The position numbers were made by a program, and so were the translations under genes. The notes beneath the pieces were generated by a model. The model did not search any database, was not told where the DNA came from, and was given only the letters and a program-made list of their open reading frames with translations. Shown piece after piece: positions 36,501 through 46,308 of a DNA stretch of 64,000 bases. Origin of the DNA: Spirochaetota bacterium (GTDB lineage: Bacteria; Spirochaetota; UBA4802; UBA5550); contig DAIUKG010000024.1 in NCBI GenBank assembly GCA_036848375.1, forward strand, positions 126-64,125, in the 5' to 3' direction. The stretch's first letter is position 1. Each line of letters begins with the position of its first letter.

Positions 36501-37025
36501 CTATTCTCCCGGCTTCATCTTTAAGTCATAATACGAGGCCAGAAAATGGGCGACCATGAAGTTAAGCCCGAAGAAAACAGCCGCGATCAGGGAAAAAATC
36601 AGCACATGCCGGTAAAACAGAAGGCCGTTGAGGAAAAGATATTGCAGCGCGTACATCGAGTACACTCCGGCAATAAGCGTGCTGACAATTACGGGCGCGT
36701 AGCGTTTGATGAGAATGACCTGCGCGGCATGGACGATAAGATGGACCATGAAGACCAGCTGCACAGCCGCGAACACGTTGAAAAGCTCAAATTCCGCGCA
36801 GACCAGGGTTACAGCCGAAAGGAGGAGGAATTCCTCGGCAACGACCAGAGTATAGGCCGGCGTTGACAGCCCGTCGATATGGGCCATCACCCTGGCAAAA
36901 AAGGGGAACGCTTCCGCCAGAGATTCCTTATTGCGCCTGAGCCAGGGTTTCAGAAAAATCACCTCTTCGAAATCGTGGATCATAAAGATCACCGGGAAAA
37001 GCCAGAGCAGGGTCTCAATTTTCAT
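36501..37025 (-). CDS. HXXEE-domain membrane protein
   Basis: Start moved to ATG 37025 (AAGGA RBS); FMIHDFEE motif; HLIVH; YAPVIVS. Confidence 0.85.
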   Translation of the reverse strand: MKIETLLWLFPVIFMIHDFEEVIFLKPWLRRNKESLAEAFPFFARVMAHIDGLSTPAYTLVVAEEFLLLSAVTLVCAEFELFNVFAAVQLVFMVHLIVHAAQVILIKRYAPVIVSTLIAGVYSMYALQYLFLNGLLFYRHVLIFSLIAAVFFGLNFMVAHFLASYYDLKMKPGE

Positions 37026-37035
37026 TTCAGTTTCC

Positions 37036-38535
37036 TTATAAACGCTGGCGAATCTTTTTGGCCTCTTCAGCCGCATAAGTGTCGCTGTATTTTTCAAGAA
37101 GATAATCCAGTACTGCCCTTGCCTCTTTGCTATTGCCCATGAGAAAATGGGTCCGCGCGAGGCCGTAGTAGGCTTCGGCCCTGGTCATCGTGTCAGGGTA
37201 GCGGTTAACCAGCGCGGTAAACGTGGCAAGCGCATCCCTGTAACGCTTGAGATTGATCATCTCAATGTGGCCCTTGCGGTAATAGGCGCTGTCCGCGTCG
37301 CTCGTGTCGCCATAGGCATCGATAAACCTGCTGTAGGTGTCAACCGCTTCCTCCCATTTGCCCGCCTTTTCGTACAGGTATGCTTCTTCGATCAGTTTCA
37401 TGCTCAGGGGAGCGAGCTCGATCCTTCTGACTTCGATTTCCCGCGGTTTGATCTCAACCTGTTCCCGGTGCGTTTCGTACCCGCTCTGCCGGACCATGAT
37501 CGAATGAAATCCGCGGGGAAGGGCGATGACCAGGGGCGCCGCTCCGGAGGGCTCGTCATTAATGAATACTTCAGCCCCTTCGGGCACGCTCTCGAGTTTC
37601 AGGGTCCCGATGCGGTTGTTCAGCAGGTCTTCAACGGTCAGCGCTATATCCAGGGCGGCGGGCCTGAGGCCTGCGGCTGAAGCGATTTCCCGCGTTCCCA
37701 GGTGTATGACCCTTCCCTCTACCGTGTCATGGACGCGGTAGTTCACGCAGATCATATCATCAAAAACATTGATCTCGCCGGTGAGCTTGTACTGGATTCC
37801 CTGAAGGCTGAAGCTTGAATCAGACCCGTCATTTTCTATGACACCGGCCATTTCGAGCATCTTTTCATTCACGAGGGCCTTGGTGTAGGTGCGTTCCACC
37901 GTGGTGATCAAATAAAACGAACCCAGGTTGCTGTTTAAAATTTCGGCAAAAGCACCCCCGTACCCGGTTTTTGCCGCCAGATGATTATCGTCCCTGAATT
38001 TGTGTACCGTGACAACAGGCCTGGTCACGGTTGATTCATCACGCTGCCGTACATAGTCCGGCGTAAACTGCCTGTCAATATACCATACGATATCGTCAAC
38101 GCCGTTGCTGATGCTGTACATGCTGCATCCCCGGGCATGGATTATCTTCCAGGTATTTATATTAATGGTCCTCACATCAATCTCATAGCGGTCGCCGAAA
38201 CGGGAGACCGTTCCCACGGTCAGATAGTCGATTTTAAGGTCCCGGGATGATGTCTTCAGCATGTCCGGCTGTGCGAGCCCGAGCTGGACCCGCGCGATGC
38301 TGTCAAGATAATCGCCGATAGCGTCGCGGTCGCGCACGTAAAACCGGTCTATCCCGGAATATTTCTGTTCCAGTATCGAGGTCACCGCAGATCCTGCCCT
38401 GATATTTTCAGAGGCCAGGGTGAGCGAATCATCGAACTGGGCAACAGCGAGCCGAATTTTCCCTTCATCCGAATAAAGAACCGCGAATGAGACAACCAGC
38501 AGCAGGATTATGATCAATGATTTCTTCATGCTCAC
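37036..38535 (-). CDS. Secreted protein with two CsgG/FlgO-like domains, PEGA domain and TPRs
   Basis: Signal peptide; LAVAQFDD and VTVHKFRD repeats; PEGA LKLESVPEGAEVFIND..IMVRQSGYE; C-terminal TPR AEAYYGLA. Confidence 0.68.
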   Translation of the reverse strand: MSMKKSLIIILLLVVSFAVLYSDEGKIRLAVAQFDDSLTLASENIRAGSAVTSILEQKYSGIDRFYVRDRDAIGDYLDSIARVQLGLAQPDMLKTSSRDLKIDYLTVGTVSRFGDRYEIDVRTININTWKIIHARGCSMYSISNGVDDIVWYIDRQFTPDYVRQRDESTVTRPVVTVHKFRDDNHLAAKTGYGGAFAEILNSNLGSFYLITTVERTYTKALVNEKMLEMAGVIENDGSDSSFSLQGIQYKLTGEINVFDDMICVNYRVHDTVEGRVIHLGTREIASAAGLRPAALDIALTVEDLLNNRIGTLKLESVPEGAEVFINDEPSGAAPLVIALPRGFHSIMVRQSGYETHREQVEIKPREIEVRRIELAPLSMKLIEEAYLYEKAGKWEEAVDTYSRFIDAYGDTSDADSAYYRKGHIEMINLKRYRDALATFTALVNRYPDTMTRAEAYYGLARTHFLMGNSKEARAVLDYLLEKYSDTYAAEEAKKIRQRL

Positions 38536-39272
38536 CCGCCGAGGCTTTCTATCCAGGATTTGACCAGCCTGCGGTCATGGCTGTTAGGGCGCAGCTCCAG
38601 GTATTTGCGGTACTGGGCAATGGCAGACGAGCGGTCTTTAAGATATATATCATAGATGATTCCCATGTTTTTATATGGCTGCGGAAAGTCGGGCCTGGCC
38701 GCCACCGCTTTCCGGAAAGCCTGAAGGGACGCATTCTGGTTGCCCAGCAAGCTCTGGATCACGCCGGTATTGTTATGGGCCATATAATGAGCGGGTTCCA
38801 GATCGACCGTAATTTCGTATTCCTCAAGGGCCTTCTGGTACAACTTTTTGCGGTAATAAGCATTACCCATCTCAAAATGGGCAGGTGCATATGACGCGTT
38901 TAAATCAATGGAAACGAGGAGTTCCTTTTCAGCTTCATCGACGCGGTCCGCTGCGAGGTAGGACCTTCCCAGAAGATAGTGGGAGCGGTGCTGGTTCGGC
39001 TGGAACTTGATCGCCTGCCTGGAGCTCTTCTGGCAGGAAGAGTGGTCCCCTTTTTCTGATTCAATGGACGCGATATCGGTATATATTTCAGCGCGCTGGA
39101 AATCGGTCTCAGCGTCATCGAGCCTGTCCTTTAAGGCTGCGATCTTTTTGTTCAGCCCTGAGCTGGCGGCGAGTTTCATTTCCTGGGACAGAAGTTCCTT
39201 ATCGGTTTTTTTGCACCCATAAGAAAAAAACATCAGACTGATAATAATGACGGATAAAACCGGTGTTCTCAT
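38532..39272 (-). CDS. TPR-repeat lipoprotein
   Basis: Lipobox FSYGC; TPRs (SHYLLGRSY, AHFEMGNAY, AHNNTGVI, PYKNMGIIY). Confidence 0.82.
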   Translation of the reverse strand: MRTPVLSVIIISLMFFSYGCKKTDKELLSQEMKLAASSGLNKKIAALKDRLDDAETDFQRAEIYTDIASIESEKGDHSSCQKSSRQAIKFQPNQHRSHYLLGRSYLAADRVDEAEKELLVSIDLNASYAPAHFEMGNAYYRKKLYQKALEEYEITVDLEPAHYMAHNNTGVIQSLLGNQNASLQAFRKAVAARPDFPQPYKNMGIIYDIYLKDRSSAIAQYRKYLELRPNSHDRRLVKSWIESLGG

Positions 39273-39385
39273 TATTTACTCCGCGTAATGCTCTATTCAG
39301 TAATGCTGACAACGCCTTAGTCAAGTAATAAAATTGCGATGCCGCCAATAATTCAATCGGGGATGCTTGTGACATTATAAGTTAT

Positions 39386-39496
39386 GGGCACCTCTAAAAA
39401 TCAGGAGTTTCATTATTATTAAATATGATAACTCCTGATTTTATCAGATATTGTGCCCACAAGGGAACATCAAAAATGTAATTTATAGAGGTTCCC
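39386..39496. mobile_element. MITE-like 111-bp element
   Basis: Imperfect 15-bp terminal inverted repeats GGGCACCTCTAAAAA / TTTATAGAGGTTCCC (13/15); flanking TTAT direct repeats; internal perfect 13-bp stem AAAATCAGGAGTT/AACTCCTGATTTT. Confidence 0.6.
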
Positions 39497-39609
39497 TTAT
39501 ATTATACCTCGTAAAAAAATAACAACTGAAAACTACACTAATATTTCGCTTGACCGGCCCGCCATTTTTAGTAATTCTTTTTCAATCAAATAAAAAAAGG
39601 GTATTCATC

Positions 39610-41142
39610 ATGACGGAAACAACTGACATACCACAAGTTCCTGTTGAAAATCAGAAAAAACCGGGTAAAGCCGCGTCGTTTTTTTTTCATGCGATAGCGA
39701 TAAAGGCGCTTATTCTGTTCCCCCTTTTCATGCTCACGGCCCTTCTGATCTTCCTTTTGACCTCCAGTGATTTTTACACGGGCATATTAAAAAACTCGGA
39801 TCTTATCGCAACGTTCGTTAAAGCAACACGATGGGACCTTGAAACCAGAATTAAAAATGAAATTGAAGAGCAGGTCCAGCTCGATTCATACAGGCGCCAG
39901 TATCAGAGCGTAAAAAGCGATTATGAAGAAAAAAAAGACTACTACCAGCATATCAATAAAACAGAACGATTTGATGCTCTCACTTCCCAGCGAAACGAAC
40001 TGTCACGGCTTACCTGGAAAAAAGCGCCGGATGTCTTTAAAAACGAAAATGAATTTAAAAACTATAAAAAAATCGAACTTGAAAAACTGGACTCCCTTAT
40101 TGATGAAGTAAAAACATACCGAAAAGAAAATAGGGATGTCATATACCAGGCAGAAGACGACCTGGATGATGCCGAAGAAATTTTTGAGGACACCGCAAAG
40201 ACCCTGCAGAAGAAAGAGGAACAGGCTCAGAAAATAATCATGTCCCATGAGAATTCGCTTCTGGGAAAAATCTATTCCGATCTTGATATAGTCAGCCCGA
40301 TCCTTTCCGATGAACTGAACACAAAAGTCATTGAAAAGGGGATGAAAACTGAAATAGAAAAGATGATCTCTTTTATGACTACATACCGGGACCAGGTAGA
40401 GGCCGGGAATGTTGCCAGAAACCCCTTCAATATCAACCTGCCCATGTTCATGGACACATTAAGAATTGCACTGCCCGAGCTGAGGGTAAGCCTCTGGATA
40501 GAGGAGGAAGTTAACGGCATACGCCAGAAACGGCACCTGTTAAGTGAAATATTCGTCGATAAGATACAGGAAATCCCTGACCTTCAGAAAAGGGATGTGT
40601 TTGTCAATCTATTCAAATTTTCCGAATCCGGGCTTGCCGAAAGCCTGGGAAGGTCATACCTCGATAAGATCAATCTCTCCATCCAGGACGGGATCGTCAG
40701 GATGAAGCCCGTTGCGCTCACCGGCAAATCCGCTGAAACAATGGAAATAGTAATGATCGCGGCAACATGCGCGCAGTATGCAAAATATGCGCTCCTGGCA
40801 GCGGCGCTGATCTTTATCGCGGTAATCGCACTCTTTCCCTTTGAAAAAAGAAAAAAAGCGGCCTGGCTTTCACGGATACTGATTTATCCTTCGGTTATCA
40901 TGCTGGTCGCTGCAGTCGGAGCGATTGTTGCCACGTTCAATGCGGGAACGATATTCCCTGAACTGGCATCAAAGCCGGTGTTCAAGATTTATTCCGAGGA
41001 AATACTCCCGGTTTTTATACTGCACATCATGATACCGGTCGCAGCGATGTTTACCGTGTTCACGGCAGCGGGAACGGTCATAAAAATAAAAAACAGGCCG
41101 CCCGAAAAAAAGGCTGAAGAGATCAGTCCCCAATCTGCCTGA
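39610..41142 (+). CDS. Hypothetical membrane protein (N-terminal TM, long coiled coil, 3 C-terminal TMs)
   Basis: Start moved to ATG 39610; charged heptad region; hydrophobic termini. Confidence 0.7.
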   Translation: MTETTDIPQVPVENQKKPGKAASFFFHAIAIKALILFPLFMLTALLIFLLTSSDFYTGILKNSDLIATFVKATRWDLETRIKNEIEEQVQLDSYRRQYQSVKSDYEEKKDYYQHINKTERFDALTSQRNELSRLTWKKAPDVFKNENEFKNYKKIELEKLDSLIDEVKTYRKENRDVIYQAEDDLDDAEEIFEDTAKTLQKKEEQAQKIIMSHENSLLGKIYSDLDIVSPILSDELNTKVIEKGMKTEIEKMISFMTTYRDQVEAGNVARNPFNINLPMFMDTLRIALPELRVSLWIEEEVNGIRQKRHLLSEIFVDKIQEIPDLQKRDVFVNLFKFSESGLAESLGRSYLDKINLSIQDGIVRMKPVALTGKSAETMEIVMIAATCAQYAKYALLAAALIFIAVIALFPFEKRKKAAWLSRILIYPSVIMLVAAVGAIVATFNAGTIFPELASKPVFKIYSEEILPVFILHIMIPVAAMFTVFTAAGTVIKIKNRPPEKKAEEISPQSA

Positions 41143-42484
41143 TAAAGTTAAAGATAAACACAAGCAGAACCAGTATCGGCGACACAAACTTTATGGTAAA
41201 CGCCCAGAGCTCCTTCAGGGAAATAATCCTGGTGTCGGGGTCCAGCTCGTGCATTGTCTTATCCAGGCCGTATTTCCACCCCAGGGCAATGGCTATAAAA
41301 AATCCGCCTATGGGAAGCATGAAATTCGACGTCAGCTTATCCATGAAATCAAAAAAATTATTACCAACGAAAACAGTGATGTTCTCCATGACATTAAAGG
41401 AAAGCGCTGAAGGAACACCCAGCAGAAATATCACCGTCCCGAAAATCAACACCGCCTTTTTTCTGCTCCATCCCTTCTCATCGGTGATGTAGGCAACCAC
41501 AACTTCGAGCAGGGATATGCCAGAGGTCAGGGCAGCGATAAAAAGCAGCATGAAAAACAGCGTGGCAAAAACACCGCCATAAGCCATGTTCGCGAATACC
41601 GCGGGGATGACGTGATAGATCAGGCCGGGCCCGCTGTTGGGATTGAGCCCCATGGCAAACACCGCGGGAAAAATCGCGAGCCCTGCCATGATCGCGATCA
41701 CGGTATCAAGAATGACAATATATATTGCCGAATGGAGGATTTTGTCCTCACGGGACAGATAGCTTCCATAGGTGATAATAGCGCCCATGCCAAGGCTGAG
41801 ACTGAAAAAGGACTGCCCCAGAGCGGACAGAACGGAATCGGTGTTTATTTTGGAAAAATCAGGTTTAAGGAAAAAAGCCACTCCGTCAATAGCGCCATCC
41901 ATTGACAGGCCCCTGACAATCAGCACAATAATTATTATAAAAAGCAGCGGCATGAGCACCTTGCTCCACTTTTCAATTCCGTTTTTAATGCCCCTGATCA
42001 CTATAAAAACACAGGCGGCGATAAACAGAAAATGATATAAAACGACCATAACGGTGTCATGCGTAAACTCATTAAAAGCGACTTTGGCAGTCCCAACGTC
42101 TTTAAGCGAAGAGGTCAGGCCGGTAATGCTGTTCACAATATACCCCAGAGTCCATCCGCCTATGACACTGTAAAAAGAAAGAATGAAAAATCCCGAAAGA
42201 ACGCCCATATACCCGATGATGACCCATCCCGTGCCGCCAAGCATTGCCTTGAACGCGCCGACCGGGTCTTTTTCCGTGTGCCGGCCGATAACCAGTTCCG
42301 CGATCATAATCGGAAGCCCCAGGAGCACCACAGAAATGAGATAGATGAGAACAAAGGCCGCTCCGCCGTTTTCACCGGTTACATAGGGGAACTTCCAGAT
42401 ATTTCCCAGTCCTATGGCTGAACCGGCAGCCGCCAGGACAAAACCGACTTTAGATCCCCATTGTTCTCTCTTTTGTTCGCTCAT
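41123..42484 (-). CDS. Sodium-dependent transporter, NSS/SNF family
   Basis: REQWGSKVGFVLAAAGSAIGLGNIWKFPY, GQSFFSLSLG, LTSGISLLE. Confidence 0.95.
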   Translation of the reverse strand: MSEQKREQWGSKVGFVLAAAGSAIGLGNIWKFPYVTGENGGAAFVLIYLISVVLLGLPIMIAELVIGRHTEKDPVGAFKAMLGGTGWVIIGYMGVLSGFFILSFYSVIGGWTLGYIVNSITGLTSSLKDVGTAKVAFNEFTHDTVMVVLYHFLFIAACVFIVIRGIKNGIEKWSKVLMPLLFIIIIVLIVRGLSMDGAIDGVAFFLKPDFSKINTDSVLSALGQSFFSLSLGMGAIITYGSYLSREDKILHSAIYIVILDTVIAIMAGLAIFPAVFAMGLNPNSGPGLIYHVIPAVFANMAYGGVFATLFFMLLFIAALTSGISLLEVVVAYITDEKGWSRKKAVLIFGTVIFLLGVPSALSFNVMENITVFVGNNFFDFMDKLTSNFMLPIGGFFIAIALGWKYGLDKTMHELDPDTRIISLKELWAFTIKFVSPILVLLVFIFNFIRQIGD

Positions 42485-42594
42485 GGATTCCCCCGGAACT
42501 TTTTGTACCCAGATGAAGGCAAATCGGCAGCTTTTGTCAAGAATATAACATATATTATCCCTGAATCATCCGGTGAGGGGCTATGCGGCAATGA

Positions 42595-44139
42595 TCAAAA
42601 GTCCAGGCTGGCAAGGAAAAGATCGTTAAAATCCTGGCGGGATGAAAGCTCAATTATCCTGATCCGGTCGCGAAGCTGCCGCGCAAGCCGCCTGAATGCA
42701 TCGTCACAGCAATATGCCTCCGCGGCAGCAAGGCTTGTATTCCCCAGAAAATGCCATCGCGCTTCAGGGAATGCCGGCAGAAATGAAAGGAGCCTGAAAT
42801 TGTCCAGGTCGAGGTGTTCGCCAAACGCGCCGGCAATAAACACATCCTTGATATCTTCAGCAGGCATTCCCGATTCGCGCACAAGAATTTGAGCCGCTGC
42901 CAGGCTTGCGCCTTTCGCGAGCTGCACCTGGCGGATGTCTTTCTGGCTGACTGAAACGCGTTCAGCAAGGCGGATGACGCGCGCGCCCGGATCATATGCG
43001 CCAGCCGCAGAGGATTGATCGCCTGAAAACGACCCGTCCCGGTCAATCACCCCCAGGCCGAGCATCACAGCGATCGCATCAATCAGGCCGGTGCCACTGA
43101 TACCGACCGGCTCCTTCTGCCCTATGACAGAACAGATGAAACGGCCCTGATCAAACCTGACATGGTCAACCGCCCCGTCAGCCGCGGTCATGCCGCATGA
43201 AATGTTCATCCCTTCAAGGGCAGGACCCATGGCGCACGAAGTCGCGAAGACGTCGCCCCTGGCGTCCAGGAGAAACATCTCGCCATTGGTCCCGATATCG
43301 ATAAAAAAAGCCCGTTCACGGATTCCCTGTTCATGCACCAGCGCGAGCCCTCCCACCAGATCGCCTCCCAGAAAAGCAGAGGCCGCGGGCAGCGCCAGTA
43401 ATTCCGTTTCAGGGTTTATGCCGCTCTCAACAGGCAGGCCCTTCATGCCATCGTCAAAATCAAGAACCGCGGCGCGATACGGGTGCGCACCCAGTGGCGC
43501 GCAGTCCAGCCCGAGAAGCAGGTACATCATGGTGGTATTCCCCGAAAACACCATGGTACTGATATTTTTTTCAGAAAGTGAATATCGGCCCATCACTGCC
43601 CGCACAAGCCTTTTCAGCTCATTGCGGAGAAGACCGGACATTTTTCGGGCGGACGCCGGGTCAGACGCGGCCGCTATTCGGGATATCACGTCATGGCCGA
43701 AACGCCGCTGAGGATTGAGAAATGACGCCAGGGGAAAGCGCTCCCGGCTCTCAGTGTTCACCAGGGATGTCTTGACCACTGTGGTCCCGATATCAACCGC
43801 GATGCAGTATGCCGCTGCCCTGTCCAGCTCAAGTGAAGGCAGATGCAGGACGGCCTCATCCTTCGGCATATCAACAACAACATCCCCCTGTACCCGCGCC
43901 ATGCAGGAAAGCCGCAGAGACCGGTCGTGAAGCAGCTCTTCTTCAGCCCGGCTTACGGGAGAAAGGGCGCCCTCTGCCCTGATGCCACATTTGCCGCACC
44001 GGCCCCTGCCGCCGCAGGGCGCGGACACGGGGTAACCCCCGTCTTCAAGGACATCCAGCAAAAGGGCATCCGGCGAACAGGAGATTGTATCCCCCGCGGG
44101 GAGCACCGTTACAGTGTAATATTTTTCCTGCTTGTTCAT
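42595..44139 (-). CDS. ASKHA-domain 2Fe-2S protein (RACo/DUF4445, corrinoid reductive activator-like)
   Basis: CGGRGRCGKC..LSC ferredoxin; DIGTT, NPQRRFGHDVISRI, GNTTM, FLGGD, IDIGTNGE, GPALEG, AGAFG, GNTSLA; start approximate. Confidence 0.9.
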   Translation of the reverse strand: MNKQEKYYTVTVLPAGDTISCSPDALLLDVLEDGGYPVSAPCGGRGRCGKCGIRAEGALSPVSRAEEELLHDRSLRLSCMARVQGDVVVDMPKDEAVLHLPSLELDRAAAYCIAVDIGTTVVKTSLVNTESRERFPLASFLNPQRRFGHDVISRIAAASDPASARKMSGLLRNELKRLVRAVMGRYSLSEKNISTMVFSGNTTMMYLLLGLDCAPLGAHPYRAAVLDFDDGMKGLPVESGINPETELLALPAASAFLGGDLVGGLALVHEQGIRERAFFIDIGTNGEMFLLDARGDVFATSCAMGPALEGMNISCGMTAADGAVDHVRFDQGRFICSVIGQKEPVGISGTGLIDAIAVMLGLGVIDRDGSFSGDQSSAAGAYDPGARVIRLAERVSVSQKDIRQVQLAKGASLAAAQILVRESGMPAEDIKDVFIAGAFGEHLDLDNFRLLSFLPAFPEARWHFLGNTSLAAAEAYCCDDAFRRLARQLRDRIRIIELSSRQDFNDLFLASLDF

Positions 44140-44242
44140 CAGCTCTGACAATAAACTCCTGAAGGCATTATTCAATAACAATTTTTTTATTGATTTTTTT
44201 ATTATCTGATAATGTCATGAAGGATAAATTTTCAGGACCACC

Positions 44243-45403
44243 ATGGACAACGTTACCATAATATCCTATCCGGCACCCAGGGACAACTCGCTGCTGTCCC
44301 TTACCGACGGCAGGTCACGCTATATGCTGCCCTTCGGCGGAAGGTTCAGGATCATTGATTTTACCCTGCGCAACTCCTTTTCTGCCGGAGCGCGAACGAC
44401 CATCATCTACAGCAATGAAGAGGACAGCCTCGATGAATATGTTGACCGGTATGGCCCCTTTACCGGCATGAAATTCCCCCCGGTCAAAGTGATAACCAGG
44501 GAATATTCCGATATAAATACCTGCTATCATCTTATCATGGACAGCAACACGCGCTACTACGTCATATACAACGGCGATATCCCCTCAATAATCGATTTTA
44601 AGGACCTGATTAAAAAATACCGCTCAGCGAAAACAAAGGCCCTGCTCTTTAAAATCCAGGTCGCGGACAGGGCAAGCATGGCCTACAAGGTGCTCGTGAT
44701 TGACCAGAAATCCCTGCTCAAGATCGTCAACCAGGCCATTCACGAAAAAAGAACGTCCCCCAATATTTTCGAGATGGTGATCAACACCATGGTCAATAAG
44801 GGCGTTAAAACATCCACCATAAAGGCCCTGTACTGGCCCCTTAAAAACATTCCCGAATACTACGACCTTCACTGGCAGATAATTTTTGACCCGCGCATAT
44901 TCAACCTGCTCTATGAAGAAAAAATCATCCAGAGCAAAATAAACGCCGAGGGGTTCGCTTCCATCGGGTCCGCGGCAAAAGTCAGCGCCTCGTTTATTTC
45001 CGATGCCTGCATCATCAACGGAACCGTGACCAATTCGATCATTTACCCCGGAGTTCACGTCGCTGAAGGCGCGGTGGTCAAAGATTCGATCATCCTTCCC
45101 CATGTCAAAATAGGCCCTGAAGCCCGGATATACCATTCCATTTTCGATGAGCGCACCGATATCAACCCCGAAAACGCCTACTACAACATTGAAGGGAACT
45201 GCAGGGTCGGCAATGAAAACCATCTCATTAAAAACAATGACTTCCCTGAATCGCTCTTTGCGGGCATCACCCTGATCGGCAAAGACTGCCGGATACAGAA
45301 CGAGGCCCGTATCGGCGGAGGCTGCTATGTGGCTTCAGGACGCGGCGGAGAATACTTCGCGCAGAAAAAATTTCTCTATGACGGAACATCGGCGGTGAAA
45401 TAA
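44243..45403 (+). CDS. Glucose-1-phosphate adenylyltransferase-like protein with degenerate catalytic motif (GlgD-like)
   Basis: LPFGGRFRIIDFTLRN retained but GGxGxRL loop replaced; C-terminal left-handed beta-helix (NSIIYPGVHV..DSIILP). Confidence 0.75.
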   Translation: MDNVTIISYPAPRDNSLLSLTDGRSRYMLPFGGRFRIIDFTLRNSFSAGARTTIIYSNEEDSLDEYVDRYGPFTGMKFPPVKVITREYSDINTCYHLIMDSNTRYYVIYNGDIPSIIDFKDLIKKYRSAKTKALLFKIQVADRASMAYKVLVIDQKSLLKIVNQAIHEKRTSPNIFEMVINTMVNKGVKTSTIKALYWPLKNIPEYYDLHWQIIFDPRIFNLLYEEKIIQSKINAEGFASIGSAAKVSASFISDACIINGTVTNSIIYPGVHVAEGAVVKDSIILPHVKIGPEARIYHSIFDERTDINPENAYYNIEGNCRVGNENHLIKNNDFPESLFAGITLIGKDCRIQNEARIGGGCYVASGRGGEYFAQKKFLYDGTSAVK

Positions 45404-46044
45404 TGCTCCTTCCCTATAAAGACGTCAACCCGACCAGGCACTTCCCCTTTATGACCATTATACTCATACTGGCCAATATCGCGGTATTCCTGTACCAGGT
45501 TTTCGGCCCCTATGGGTTTGACGTTATCAGCAGGCAGTTCGCGCTTATTCCCTATGAACTGCACAAGGGGAACCTGCCTGACTCAACCTGGATACCGCCC
45601 TTTCTCTCGCTGGGGACCTATATGTTTCTCCATGCCGGTCCCGGACACCTGGCTTTCAACATGCTCTTTCTGTGGATATTCGGAAACAATATTGAAGACC
45701 GGATGTCGCCGTTCAGTTTCCTGGTCTTTTATCTGCTCACCGGAGTCATAAGCGCGCTCGCTTTTGAAGCGATATTTCCGGGATCAGACGTCAACCTGGT
45801 CGGGGCTTCGGGCGCGATATCAGCGGTTCTGGGGGCCTATCTTTTTCTTTTCCCCAGGGCGCAGGTGCACGCGCTCCTCTTCATTTTCCCGGTAAGAATG
45901 TCCGCTCTGGTGTTTTTAATCATCTGGTTTATCATGCAGATTTCCGGGTTCCTTGGCCAGGAGGGCTCGGTCGCGTGGATATCCCATATCACCGGTTTCG
46001 TTTCAGGGATCATTCTTCACCGCTTTTTTCTGAAGAGAAGATAA
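45403..46044 (+). CDS. Rhomboid family intramembrane serine protease
   Basis: MFLHAG..HLAFNMLFLWIFGNNIED, LVGASGAIS (catalytic Ser), VAWISHITG (catalytic His); TAATG overlap. Confidence 0.92.
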   Translation: MLLPYKDVNPTRHFPFMTIILILANIAVFLYQVFGPYGFDVISRQFALIPYELHKGNLPDSTWIPPFLSLGTYMFLHAGPGHLAFNMLFLWIFGNNIEDRMSPFSFLVFYLLTGVISALAFEAIFPGSDVNLVGASGAISAVLGAYLFLFPRAQVHALLFIFPVRMSALVFLIIWFIMQISGFLGQEGSVAWISHITGFVSGIILHRFFLKRR

Positions 46045-46308
46045 TGACGCGCGTATAAATCCCTCACAAAACCGGCATCCGTTGAAGTGCCCGTAACCCG
46101 GAAATACCTGAAAAATTTTTTTATATCGTTTTTATAAAACCTGCTATAATAATCATTAATTCAATAATTGGATGTGATTTTCACCGGTTCAATGATAAAT
46201 TTATTTTGACAAAACTTCATTTTTAACGGTATTATCGCATTCGATACGCCATGGTCAGGAAAAACCGCCCTTCCCCCCATCTGGCATACATAATACAAGG
46301 AGGAAACA

